In this document: one piece after another, positions 27,880 to 40,443 of the stretch | Layout of the letters: every line of letters begins with the position of its first letter | Numbering within the stretch: position 1 is the first letter of the stretch | Assembly (NCBI GenBank): GCA_043228905.1 | Contig: JBHGNT010000021.1 | Coordinates: forward strand, 3,286,001 to 3,350,000 | Reading direction: 5' to 3' | Origin: Azolla caroliniana | Lineage: Eukaryota; Plantae; Polypodiophyta | DNA length: 64,000 nucleotides | Program-made: the position numbers and the translations under genes | Notes under the pieces: generated by a model | Databases searched by the model: none | The model's input: only the letters and a program-made list of their open reading frames with translations | Told to the model about the DNA's origin: nothing

Positions 27880-30800
27880 ATTGTGTGCTTTTACCCCAAA
27901 AAAAAAAAGACAAAGAGAAGTTTCTTTTATTCTTGTTACCATCAATGATTCACTACTTCACTCTCATATCTATGTCTGGAAAAAAAATTACTTGGTCAAA
28001 ACTTCAACTCCTTGTTACTTTTTCTTCTACCCCTTATCGTTTATCAACCCGACAAAAGGTTGGATTGTAAACATAGATAACCTCACAAATATTATTGGGG
28101 GGACATGAAAGGTATAGTCATCGATTGACAGTGGGTTAATATTATTGTACTACCCCTTGTTGGTCCCAAAGGATGAAGGAGGCCATAGGTTAGCCGATAC
28201 ATGGTTATCCTTCCTTTCATCCGATGTTTTTGTCACTTGTCCACGGTCAAGCCCTAACTTGATCTGATCTGACATAGGAATCTTCTTTGCCCATCACTTC
28301 CAAGTTCCATTTCTATGCATGTGCATGCTCATTGGAAAATCATAGTGATTGTGTCGTTGCCTTTATAGCTTCACATTCTCTTTGCTCATGCTCTCCTGAG
28401 TTGAAACCATGTTTTGTCCTAAACACTCTACATATTGGGCTTCTAACTAAGTGAACCAAGTTTCTTCAATGTTACGCTCATGCAACAACGTATGTTTTAC
28501 TTCCAAGCACATAACAACGAGGTTGGGTATCAAAATTTTCTTTCTCACGATACAATCTTCATGAAAATGAATCCAATTGCTTTCACAATAATAACATCCA
28601 CTAGTAAGACATCTTGCCTTCCAACTAGCCAAAACTAATTGTTTTTGCATTCATAATATCACTCACATTACGAGGAGAATACCACATCATTGGACTAGTT
28701 GAACTTGATGCATAGCCCCATGCTTTTCTTGTTAGCAATAACATAGTATGCTTTCACAATAGTTCATGTGTGTGATTATCACCAGTATATTCATGTCTAA
28801 CCAAGACTTCACATTTATCAACATTCAATGCATTATGAGGAGTTTGTTGTGTTATATCATCCCATACTTCCTTGATAATAATCTACACTCAAGTTTTTAT
28901 TCCACTAGTATGCTACTTCACCACTTTAGCTATCATTAATGGTGTGGTCTAATGCTCTAGCAATAGATTTTTTTGCATCGTCTAACATCTGTTTTTGTGA
29001 ATGTTGTATGTGATGTCATATATCATATGCATTTTTGCTATTGTGTATGGATGTTAGAGCATCACTCACCTTTTCTAAATTTTCTTTGTTTTTCTCCTTC
29101 ACCACTAACACAATGGACAACAAAGACATCAGTAAGAAGTTACAAAAAATATTTTCTTTATGGAACTAAGTCAATACAAGGGACACTAATATTTTCTTTA
29201 TGGAACTAAGTCCATACAAGGGACACTGAAAGTGACTTTAGTAAGGGAAATTGACGAGTGTTTAGACCATAAGGAAGCAATGGTTTTAAACAAGAGTTTA
29301 ATTAGAAAATGAACCCACTAATTATATAAAGCTTCGTAGTAGTCTTTGGGACTCTTTGCCTATTGGTTTTTTACCTATCTATGAACCTGTGTGGAGGTTT
29401 GTGATTTGTGGCTCTAACTCCTCATCAAACAACAATAGGAATTGTTAACCAATGGCGACATTTCTTCATTTTGATGGATAACTATTCTTAACAAATTTGT
29501 AGGGGAGTGGCTTGCTCATTTTGGAAATCATGGGCAAGCCCATATCTTTGCATTTTTTTCTTTAGAGAGAGCCAATGGTTTGAATCCTTCAAAGGCTTTA
29601 ACTGTGACCTTGCCAACCAATTTCCCCACCTTGGTCCTTGAACCTTAAGTCAAAATTTACTTGGAACTTTTTTTATCTAAACCAATCATAAATTTGTTCA
29701 TAGTCCATTTCTAATTATAGAAACATAATCCTTAGAGAATTTATTATAGCAATCCACGAGAAATTTCGTTGTTATACGTGTATGTATGTAAAAAGGTTTC
29801 GAAATACTTCTTGTACAAGTTTATTCAAATTAATGACATTCTTAGTGATAATCTTCGGTAGATTCACATTATATATATATATCAATCCTCCCTAGAAATT
29901 GCTTGAAATGTTTTAAGCATTTGCTTTGCTTCACACAAAAAAATCTAAGAAGTCTCAAGGATTGGTAACCCAAATTGAGGGATTTGTGAATTGAAGTTAA
30001 ATGCAATTGCATTTTACATATATAAATTCAAAATTGATAAACATGTTGTTCAATTGTTTTAGAGCGATTATGGCATTTATCATGGAAAAACATGTGCATA
30101 TGCACACCATTGGATTAAGGTACACCTATGTAGTACAATAGGAAGGTTGTAGAGGGCATAGATAACTACAACACTAATGGTGTTGACATATTTCTTGAGC
30201 TTCTTGGGCAAAAGCATGGATGCATATTGCCATCTCAAAAACTCCCATTAGAAAAAAACATCCATGAGATGAATATATGTTGAACATGCACATGAGACCT
30301 AACACATTAATGGAACAAGACCAAGGCCACAATAATGAATGAACTTGAGTTCTCTCTCAAATTTATTCATTGATTGTGTAACAGGAAGGCTCGTAGGTTA
30401 ACTAAGGGAACTTTGAAAGTTGCAAACATGTCCAGAAAGTTAGTTGAACCCAATGTCACAAGCATCATTTTTGCACGAGACTATCGCAACACATGTGCAC
30501 AATTATTTGCATAGAGAAGGTGGAATCATTGTCACAAGCATCTTATAGATGATCCGGTCTTCATGTGACTCACATCACTTCACAAAAAGGAACACATTTG
30601 AGAATTTGTATCCTTATCACTAACCTCTAGTTGGCCACAATTTTGTTTGATGTGGCTCCATCCTTCCACAAACGGAATACTATATCTTTTTGTTTTCTTC
30701 TTGTGTAGCTTTTACCATTTTTTATCAAATTAAAACAATATCTAAGCCATGTGTCGATTGTTTTACTTGTCAACATGGTATCAATTTCTTCTAATGCATT

Positions 30801-33800
30801 ATGTAGTCTTTTTCACAACAAACAAACTTCTTTGCAAGTTCACACAAAGAGGTGAAATGCCATGGTTAATACAGTAAATACTTCATGTTTGATGGTATTA
30901 TAAGGGCCTAACATATACACATAGTAGAAACAATGGTTGCCTTAGCTACTATAACCACCCATAAGGGTAGGACAAATTGAACACTTGTAATTACTTTCAT
31001 GTTGAGACCTTTTTTTCTAACTCCGCCCGTAAATTGCTTGGTATTGTAACGGCTGTCCCATCACTTTGCAAAATAAATTTAAGAAACTAGAGATTATTAT
31101 TTCAACTAGGAGAGTGTTCCATATATAAATTGATATACGTGTCACTCCTTGATATTGTCAAATTACACATAAACACACATTTGTTAATCCTCTTCAATCA
31201 ATATTTGATTATGATTTCAAGACTTAATCATTAACATACCGACCACAATGTTTTAAAAGCATTTTCCTGCATCTATATTGATAAAATTCCAAAGGTGTGT
31301 GGTTTGGCATTCACACCACATCATCAAATTGATATATGTTTCTCATCGAGGGTGAAGAAAGAGAGATTCGTGTCGTGCTCTACACTATTCCAATATGCTT
31401 TTGAGAGTGCAAACTCAAGTGCACACATGTACACCATTGGATTTAGTTATGCATATGTCTTTCATGAACAAGGCTCTTGATGATAAAGAAAAATAGAACC
31501 ATGATGTTGTTTCCCCTTTTGTTGAGATTCCACAACATAAAATTTAACATGTACATGGATATCATCATTCCAAAACATCTCATTGGTTTTGGGGGTTTGA
31601 GAGGGGATGGGGTTGGGCTAGCTCTACAAAACCCGGAGTAGAGTGCGTTTTTATCAATTGAGGTTATGAAAATCGACATTGTGTAATGCAAACCATGATT
31701 TGAAATGGTAAAACTTTATGGGTTTCCTTTATTTAGAGGTGCCACTAATATCGACCATCAAAGGTAGTACGTATATGTTATTTAAAGTTTATGTATATAT
31801 GGATGTAAAATTCATGGAAATAATAACCTAGCTATAGAAATAACTTAATAAAGCCTTAAATTTGTCATTTACCCTTGCAATACCGCTAGATAAAGGGTTT
31901 GGCCTCTCAAGCACCAACTCATTTGTCAAAGAGGAGGCATGGGCATGGACCTAAAATGTATTTTAATTACTGGTCAAGAAAAAGGTTTTCAGCGAGACCT
32001 AGGGTGAAAGTGGGATGACTCTGAGATGTCTCAAACGCCACTTGCAAAGCATATATTAAACGGGAAGAAAAGTAAAATTGGACTTTAATAAGGCGTGTCA
32101 CCCATTCCATGAATATTGACTCATGGCATTGAAAGTGTTAAGTTTTTGTCTAGTTATGTGTGAAAGTAACTGGCCAATTTTTGTAGTTTCTCCACTTTTA
32201 CAAGTTGACAACCCCAAGTTAGTCATGACTTGCTAGGTACTCAAGAATTATAGTTCAATAAGTGATAACGTTGAATTATTTGATGGTGTTCTGTTATTTA
32301 AGAGAAAAATCCAAAGTAGAAAGATATCTCCAATCTTGATGAAGCAAAAACAATCCGATGTTTTTCTCGAGTTATTTAGCTTATAAAATAGACATGTCCA
32401 CTTGCTACAACACTTCACGAATAAGATGTAATGCAACACACTGTGCGAGGCACATCTTGTATTCGATTCTCTCCCGTCAATATGTTAAGGAGCGATTACG
32501 TAAGTGCATTACTGAAAGCAACACATTGAAGTTTGAACACATATGAGTGTGCATTATTTTCTAGTCCAATTTTGCCTCTTTCTCAACATTACAAATTTCT
32601 ATATCTAATTCTTGTGATCCAATTTTGTTTTTTATCTTAATGTTTTCTTGTTTTCTTACCAATGAGAATGAGATGTCATGCAGAAACATACACAAAGGCT
32701 AGTTTCCACACTTGTTTTTTTGGAGGGATTCCCAACTCACATCTTTCATGAGTGGAATGTCAAGAATTGTAGGTGCACCACTAGGGATTGCTTTTAACAA
32801 CTTGCATTAGGCTCTCTTGGGGTTCTTATGACATTCCAAGCATCGTAGGTGTCCACGAAGGATAGCTTTGTTGGGTTCTTATGAGTCTTGAATATCTTCA
32901 TATTATCTTCCACACATAGTTTGTTAAGAAATTGATTCTTGTAGTGACCTCTCTTTGTTGGATGCAAAGCCTAAGTCATTAATCAAATACCATGCCATCA
33001 TTCTCACAATTGATTTCCTCTAGCTCTAGCAAATGTATTAATAATCTCTATGTAGAATTCATACAAATGTAACATTGCAATTTGTAATGTTTGAATGTGA
33101 CACAAATCCACGAAGCTCATTTAAGATTAACAAACAAGTATCCGTAAGGATTGTTTGACTAGATTCACACATTTAGATGTTATGGAGAATAAAAATATAT
33201 TCATTGAATCCCAAAATACATAAATATGTGCTATTGTAGACCCCAAATAGTAATTAATGCCATAGAATGAAAACAAAAGCATTGGACAAATCTTCTTAAT
33301 TCATGTTAAAATGATGTAGAGAAATGTTGGTGCATACTTCATAAAGTGGGCTAAAGTTGTGGTGAACAACAAGCACTACAACCTAAGATATGTTGGGAAC
33401 AACCTACACAACCTTGTGAGACCATATCTTGATGAAAATCATATATCTATCGTAGTATTTGTTGCTTCTTGATAGTTGCCTTGTGTGTGATTCTTGAGAT
33501 GAAAATCACATTTCAATTTGCTTTTGTAGCACTATTATGTAAAACATTTGATCAATCCCGGAGTGCATGATGGGTTTGATCCACCATATGCCTTATTTTT
33601 ATCATGGATGAATCACTCATGTAAGTTTCCATGAGTGTACCTACAAGGTTCTAACAACTCATCATGTTATAACTTGAACATATGGGACCATTAGATGGTT
33701 GCATACTTTCTTGGAGGGTAGTGTGTGATCATGAAGCATACATGCACTCTTTTTCTCAAGACAACTTGGTGATCATGATTCATGATATCAATATACTTAC

Positions 33801-34550
33801 ATTGCAATATTTTTCGATTGGAATCAAAAGAACGACGTTTAAAAATATTAGCTTTCCATTTTAGAGGTAACAAACTTGGTTTCCTACATATTGAGGTTTC
33901 CATTGTCCTTAAAACACTTTTTAATGTTGGAAACTTGGATCCTAGAACATTTCTAATCTACACCTAAGGATTGGGGTTGTAGGGATTCCTAACACATTGA
34001 AAGATATCTTTGATATATAAATTTGATCTTGATTTACACCTTGTGCAATTGTTTGATTACATTTCTTCATGGTTGTCCTTGCAATAATTTCTTATCATGA
34101 TGGAGAACCACTATCATGGGGAGTCGGTTCTTTGATATAAGCCCTTATCATAGTAACAATGTTTGTCGAGGACTCGAACAAAAATTAAGAGACATTTGTA
34201 CATTTCGTTCTTACCACTTTTCGTACATAATGATGTGGAACCACTATGTACGGTTATCGATTGCCTCATAAATTCTTATTGGTTGATGAGAATTTGTTTA
34301 GGACTGAGGCCACCTCAAACTAATTGGCAAATAAAATCATAATCATGCCGTTACAAGGTTACAAAAAAGTTGGGTTCTCGAGTGTTCAAGAGAACAATAA
34401 CAATATAGCCCTAAAAACTTCATACATTCAAAACGCGGTGATCCACCTATCGAATTTCAAGTGCATAGTTTTTGAGCTTGGTGGAATTATAGAACTTGAT
34501 CACCCTAGGCATAAATGGTTTCCTTGAGAAGATTTGAAAAGCTTATCTTA
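27880..34550 (-). mobile_element. Heavily decayed DNA-transposon-like remnant, possibly CACTA/En-Spm
   Basis: AT-rich, stop-riddled sequence. Minus-strand fragments such as TQVHSL and SWMFF (about 30250-30350) and KSLVHE...MLWN (about 31460-31550) resemble CACTA Tnp2 motifs. No TIRs identified and boundaries are approximate. Confidence 0.3.
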
Positions 34551-35025
34551 TTCATTCTACATTTGCCTCACATACTCAAGGGCCCACATCTAAAACCTCC
34601 ATACTATATATGGAGGGCCTAGGCCCATCCCATGCATGGATGGGTGGTGCCTTCAACCAAATCAGGACATAATGAGTCTCAAAGCCTTACCTGCATCCAT
34701 ACATACATACCACCACCCCATACATTATGAATGCCATATGTCACAATTTGGAACCTACAAAAATACTGCCCCCACCCCTCCCAAAACAAAGCATCGCATC
34801 CACACAACACTTGTGAACACAAAAAATGGAAAAGTGTTGTTGCAACATAATTAAAGAAAAAAAACATTCATTCCTTTTGGAAACTAAAATTACAAACAAT
34901 TCAATTCTCCTCGCCATGAAGAGAAGATTGTATTTCTTTTCTTTTCTTTTTGGGTGGGGGGGAGGGGGGGGGGGGGGATGTTTGTGATTGAGAGAATTGA
35001 GAAAGAAAAATTAGAAGAACATTTT

Positions 35026-36591
35026 TTAGTGTGTGGGACAAGAAGAAGTTTTCGCGATCCCAAGGGTGGAAGACTCGAGGTCGTACTCGATCCAATGGTT
35101 CTGTTGTTGGTAGTTCCCGATAACATTAAATGGGATGGTGGAGCCGGAGCTAATGAACGCAAAGCACAAGATGATGTCTTCGCCTTGGACGGCCGCGGGG
35201 TAAACCAAAGCTTCGGGCCCCAAGATGAGGTCGGATGTTTTGCCGGCCGATCCCGATCCCGTGAAGTGGAACGTGACTAGGGGCAGACTCGGGAGGTCGG
35301 TGGAGTTGGTCGGGACGCGGTAGCAAAGGTCTGAGGCGGCCGCCTCAAACGCGAAGGGGCGGAGGCGGCTGCGGGTTTGGCGGCGCAAGTGGCGGACGAG
35401 CGCGTTGTACAGGGGGGCGACCAGGTGTGAAATGGCGGTGCCCGAGTCGAAGATGGTGCCACCGGGGTTTCCGACAATTCTGGGGGAACCGGAACCGGTA
35501 CCGTTGGCCGATGCTCCGGAGGAGGTGGCGGATACTTTGATCTTGGCCGGGCCGACCGTGATCGCCTCGAGGTTTACATAGTAGTAGAGGTTGCCGAGGG
35601 GGGCATAGGGTGGGGCGAGGGGGGTGCGGGACACGCGGAGGCCGCCCGGGAGGCGGTACCCGCCGAATTCGATCGTGCCTTTGGATTCCAGGCTCCGGAA
35701 GCGGTCGGGAAGGCAGTAGGCGAAGCGGGCGGGGCCGAGCTTACCGAGGCCGGGGCCGAGGAGCTGCGAGACGAACGAGAATGGGCCTGCGTTCAGCCCC
35801 ATGACCCCGGAGATGGGGATGGGCACCGTGTCCATGCTCACCACCGCACATCCGAAGACCAGGCGCCGGGTCAAGATTCCGTTTCCGCCGCCGTTAGATG
35901 GCGGCGGCGGTGGCGGCGATTTCCCAAAATGGGAACCTCCGGCGGCCGAGGGTTTCCCGAAATGGAAATCGTCGAGCGAGACATAGCCTGCGTCCACGGA
36001 GCCGTCGCCGTACTGCAGCTGGAAGACGCAGGATCTGGTGGAGTTGCTGCAGCCGCTGGCGAAGCCCAGGCTCTGTGTGCAGAGCGGGGAGGCGCAGGAG
36101 ACGCGCTGGTAGGAGGCCGAAGAATTGAAGGCGAAGGTAGGGCCGCCGCCTGAGTCGGCGCAGACCTTGCAAGGCACGCATTGGCTCCATGTGAGCTCTG
36201 ATCCTGTGTCCAGCGTGAACACCAGCTCCTGCGCTGGCCTCCCCACCGCAATGGTGAGGTAGAAATCCCCCACATTCTCCTTCAGGTATGAGAACCTCCC
36301 AATTGCTGCTGTACCTGTTCCCCCTTCTTTGGCCTTGCTCTGCTTCTCCGCCCTGCTCCTCATCGCTCTCCCCACGGCCACGAATTCTCTCATGGGCATC
36401 CCCGCGGGCAGGTCCGAAGGGTCTGCCTCATGGCTCCTCAAGAGGGAGGCTTGGGAGTCTCTGTGTGTGAGGGAGAACCTGAGGGAGGAAGAAGATGAAG
36501 GGAGGGAGGAAGAGATGGAGATGGAGATGAAGAGGAAGAGGAAGAGGAAGAAGGAGAAGAAGGAGGATGAAGAGGAGTAGGTTGTAGCCAT
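35026..36591 (-). CDS. Intronless A1-family aspartic protease (nepenthesin/CDR1-like), secreted
   Basis: Hydrophobic signal peptide after ATG 36591; LTHRDS; catalytic motifs LDTGSELTW and IFDSGT; Cys-rich insert; FGC; YYVNLEAITVG; C-terminal IGNYQQQNHWIEYDL. Confidence 0.93.
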   Translation of the reverse strand: MATTYSSSSSFFSFFLFLFLFISISISSSLPSSSSSLRFSLTHRDSQASLLRSHEADPSDLPAGMPMREFVAVGRAMRSRAEKQSKAKEGGTGTAAIGRFSYLKENVGDFYLTIAVGRPAQELVFTLDTGSELTWSQCVPCKVCADSGGGPTFAFNSSASYQRVSCASPLCTQSLGFASGCSNSTRSCVFQLQYGDGSVDAGYVSLDDFHFGKPSAAGGSHFGKSPPPPPPSNGGGNGILTRRLVFGCAVVSMDTVPIPISGVMGLNAGPFSFVSQLLGPGLGKLGPARFAYCLPDRFRSLESKGTIEFGGYRLPGGLRVSRTPLAPPYAPLGNLYYYVNLEAITVGPAKIKVSATSSGASANGTGSGSPRIVGNPGGTIFDSGTAISHLVAPLYNALVRHLRRQTRSRLRPFAFEAAASDLCYRVPTNSTDLPSLPLVTFHFTGSGSAGKTSDLILGPEALVYPAAVQGEDIILCFAFISSGSTIPFNVIGNYQQQNHWIEYDLESSTLGIAKTSSCPTH

Positions 36592-36858
36592 GGTGGTTCT
36601 AAACACTAACACTTGCTGCTGCCTCTTCTCTGTGTCTGTCTGTCTGTCTGTCTGGAGATATGATGATATGAAGAGGGAGGGTCATTTTTCTAACACACTA
36701 TGTGTATACATATATATATATCTTAAAATTTCCTTCCTTTTATTTGGGCTTTTTGAGGAGAGCACCCAAAAACTCACTCACTCTCACATGATAGAACTAC
36801 TCTCACTCACTCACAAGGCACACAGAGAGTCCACAGACCTCTAGAGAGAGACAGACAC

Positions 36859-36899
<41 letters not shown>

Positions 36900-37049
36900 C
36901 TGTGTCAGAAGAGAATAGAAAGTTTCGATGTGGAACGGCTAAATCAACTTTGGCTCCCCTCAAGAGCCTTTTGAACCATGGTTTGCCTTCATGTGTAACC
37001 ATGGTTAACTCCTCATCCATGGGAGTCGGGACCATCTGTATATATATGT

Positions 37050-37620
37050 ACATATGTCTATGCTGTATGTGGTAAGGTATGTGGTGTGTGTATGTGGTAT
37101 GTGGTGTGCTCACTGGTGTATGTGGTATGTGCATGTGTATGTGTATGTGTATGTGGTATGTGCATGTCCATGTGTATGTGTATGTGTATGTACATCAACT
37201 CATATGTGTATGCATGTGTCAGTGAATGTATGTGTATGTGTAACAATGTATATATGTGTATGTGTATGCATGTGTCCGTGAATGTATGTGCATGTGTATG
37301 TGTATGTACATCAACTCATATGTGTATGCATGTGTCAATGAATGTATGTGTATGTGTAACAATGTATATATGTGTATGTGTATGCATGTGTCCGTGAATG
37401 TATGTGCATGTGTATGTGTATGTACATCAACTCATATGTGTATGCATGTGTCAGTGAATGTATGTGTATGTGTATGCATGTGTCAGTGAATGTATGTGTA
37501 TGTGTACATATGTTTATGTACATCAACTCATATCTGTATATGTATGCATGTGTCAGTGAATGTTTGTGTATATTGGATGCATGTTCGTGCATGCGCTTGT
37601 GTTGTGTTTAATGTACATAC
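37050..37620. repeat. TG/TA-rich minisatellite with about 120-bp higher-order units
   Basis: GTACATCAACTCATATGTGTATGCATGTGTC recurs near 37190, 37305, 37422 and (diverged) 37518 within (TATGTG)n. Confidence 0.9.
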
Positions 37621-38751
37621 ATACAGTTGTATTTATGTACATACATTTTCAATTTTCATCAATAAAGATATTTTTGTAGCTAAAGTCAAGATTCGGTGCT
37701 TACTTCCACTTTTCTCTCATTACGTGCTAGATGAATTCTATGTTCTCGATTGTCTGGTGATGATATATGTGTGTATGTTTGGGCTGATTTAGCAATAATA
37801 TTGTAAAGATGAGTATAGCTTTCACACGCTCGCCAATGGCAATCAACCCCTTTGTATGTTCCTCGACACATATAGCTTTTATTTACATATGTCCACATGA
37901 GAATTTATTGCCATTGTGACATGTTGTTTTCTTTTGATGAACAAACTTAAAAAGTTTCACATACCATGAATATAGAACTTAAAAGAGACCAACTATGAAT
38001 TAAACTTTTCACCCAACTTGATAATGAAATCCATTGGTTGGATTGACCTAAAATCCGGCGTGCTCATTACGGGAAATGACCATTATACTTTTATACATGT
38101 ACAAAAACAACACGTTATAGTCTAGCTTGTTTTCAAAGACCAATTGTACGTACTTTTGCCAAAGAGGAGGCACTTAATCACATTTCAAATTTAGCAATAT
38201 AGGCTCTAATTGACAACAAGGTTCTTAATGACAAAAACGCTAGATCAAGTACATAATCATAGATAAATATCTTGATATATTGGTATGAACACTCATTGCT
38301 AAGCATAAATGTTATTTGTCAATTACAATATTTAATTATTGATTGCTCTCTACCTGGAAAGCCTACTTACCATAATCCATTAATTAGAAGCTTAATTTTC
38401 TAGTTTTGTCTCTATAAAAAAGCTCGATCTATATCGTTCAACTTCTTCATTTAGAAGTAAAATTAACCATAGCTAAACATAATCAACATTAATGATTGCC
38501 AAATTAGCCATGGTCACATGCTTGATGTAAACATTCATGTGATTAAATAAATGCTTGAGCTTTCATACATAAATTGCAATTTGCCCCTACGTTTCCCATA
38601 TGGTGCAATGCCCTATTGTATTGTTCAACACTTTATGTGCATAGTATTAGAAGCCTTCAATGACACCATGGGAGTTGAGCAAAATCCATTTGCATGGAAA
38701 GTTTCCTCTACATAATATATCGGTAACATGTACACACATGCATGATTCTAA

Positions 38752-39344
38752 TGCTGTGAAATATTGTGGAATATGAAGCCAACCATAACCGGTCGACACA
38801 TGCAAATGAGAGACGCAGAAATCAAGACAACAATACACGAGAACAAAGTACAAAGAAACAAGATCTTTTAACACAGAAAACCGTAAAAAAGAAGAAGGGA
38901 AAAACCACAAGAGTCCACAAACTCCAAACTATATCACTATGGTAGGAGGAATACATAGGAAACTCTAAGGCAACAACCTTAAGCTCCTCTTCATCAGGCG
39001 ACGGTTACAACAGAGTTATGACACTGTCACATTCTCTCTCCTGCACTCTAGTTACACCCACTAATGCAACTACTTCTATGCTACACACTATCATAACGAT
39101 TTGCCCTAGATGTATTACTACTAATACATACTATGGGCTATTTACAAATATGGCTTGTGTTAGGCACACCAAAACATATTTACAAGTATGTCCTCTTTTG
39201 GATACCTCTCTAGATCCGACCGAATACCTTCCGATCTGTCCGGCTCCGAGTCCGGTCTCTTGTCCGGATCCTCATCCGACTCTCGTTCTTTAGACTCCAA
39301 TCCGGGTTGTGCACTTCCCATCTGGAGGGACCTGTTTCTTAACA
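38752..39344. mobile_element. Solo LTR (593 bp) with 5-bp target-site duplication
   Basis: Begins TG at 38752 and ends CA at 39344. Flanked on both sides by TCTAA (38747-38751 and 39345-39349). No internal coding region. Confidence 0.75.
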
Positions 39345-40443
39345 TCTAAATCATTAAACCATGAATTGACGTGTGAATATGAAATATTCTAGCAAGACAT
39401 ATGTAACTATAGTGTACACAAATCTCTCTCAAACCTACACACAACGAAATACAAGGATGGAATTTAATGCCAAAGATGTAAAACCAACTAATTTACAAAA
39501 ACACAATAAGCTATTATTTTAGATTTGCAACATCAGAATATATGCTAGACTCACTTAAATATTCACCCAGAGTACACCGTAACCAATGGTAAGGTTAGAT
39601 GGTCGTTCATCCATCCAAGGCCTACAAAAACGTCGCAACTTACAAGACATGCTTTCAAACTTTTACCTGTCACCTTGGTGGGAATGAATCATTGGTGGTA
39701 GCATTTGTTGTGTCATAGACTGGTAGTGTTGTAAAGTACTCGTGACCCGTCCAAAAAAGACACATTATATGCCACAATTAATATGGTATATGCATAATTA
39801 TAAGCTACAATGTAGGTTCCTACTTGTAGCAACAAATAATAAGAATGATTTTCATGATTTAGATAACAATGGCCCATCCGAAATATATGTGATAGGTACT
39901 AAACAGTCTATTCTTTCATGACTCTTAAGTCCCAACTCCTAACTCCGTAATGCTACTATCACTAAGCTACACTAATTTGCATAAGTATAAATGCATTTTA
40001 TGCATAAAATTTCATGAAAAAGGCGCTTAGATTGAAAGGATATGTGACTTGTTAACATTGAAGGCTTCATGACATTTTGGGTCCAATTATGAAGGTGGTG
40101 GAAATGAAAATGCATATAATGTATGACATGGCAAATATTCATGTGACGTTGAGTATTGCACTATGTATGTGATAAGTTCAATGATGATTTCGATATATTT
40201 TGAAGTTGCTAAGTTTTTTTTGTCCAAATGTACTATGATAAAGATTTCAGCAAATTAAAAGCATTCACAAGGGAGTGTTTACAAAGTGACTTGTGATGAT
40301 TGTGGGAAGTATTCACATGCATTGATTAATCAAGAAGGATGTAAGGGAGAAATAGGATCCTCTACTATGAGAATGAAAAATTGTTTTAGAGATAAACAAA
40401 TGCATGAGTCTAGGAAAGATTGTTGCAATTGTTATAAATGGAG

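Noticed and set aside
3940-36591. The four host genes as a functional gene cluster
   Set aside because: Unrelated functions (chromatin, dNTP synthesis, plastid NTPase, secreted protease) and no shared regulatory signal seen.
37054-37792. Cys/Val/Met- or His/Thr-rich ORFs
   Set aside because: Translations of a (TATGTG)n minisatellite.
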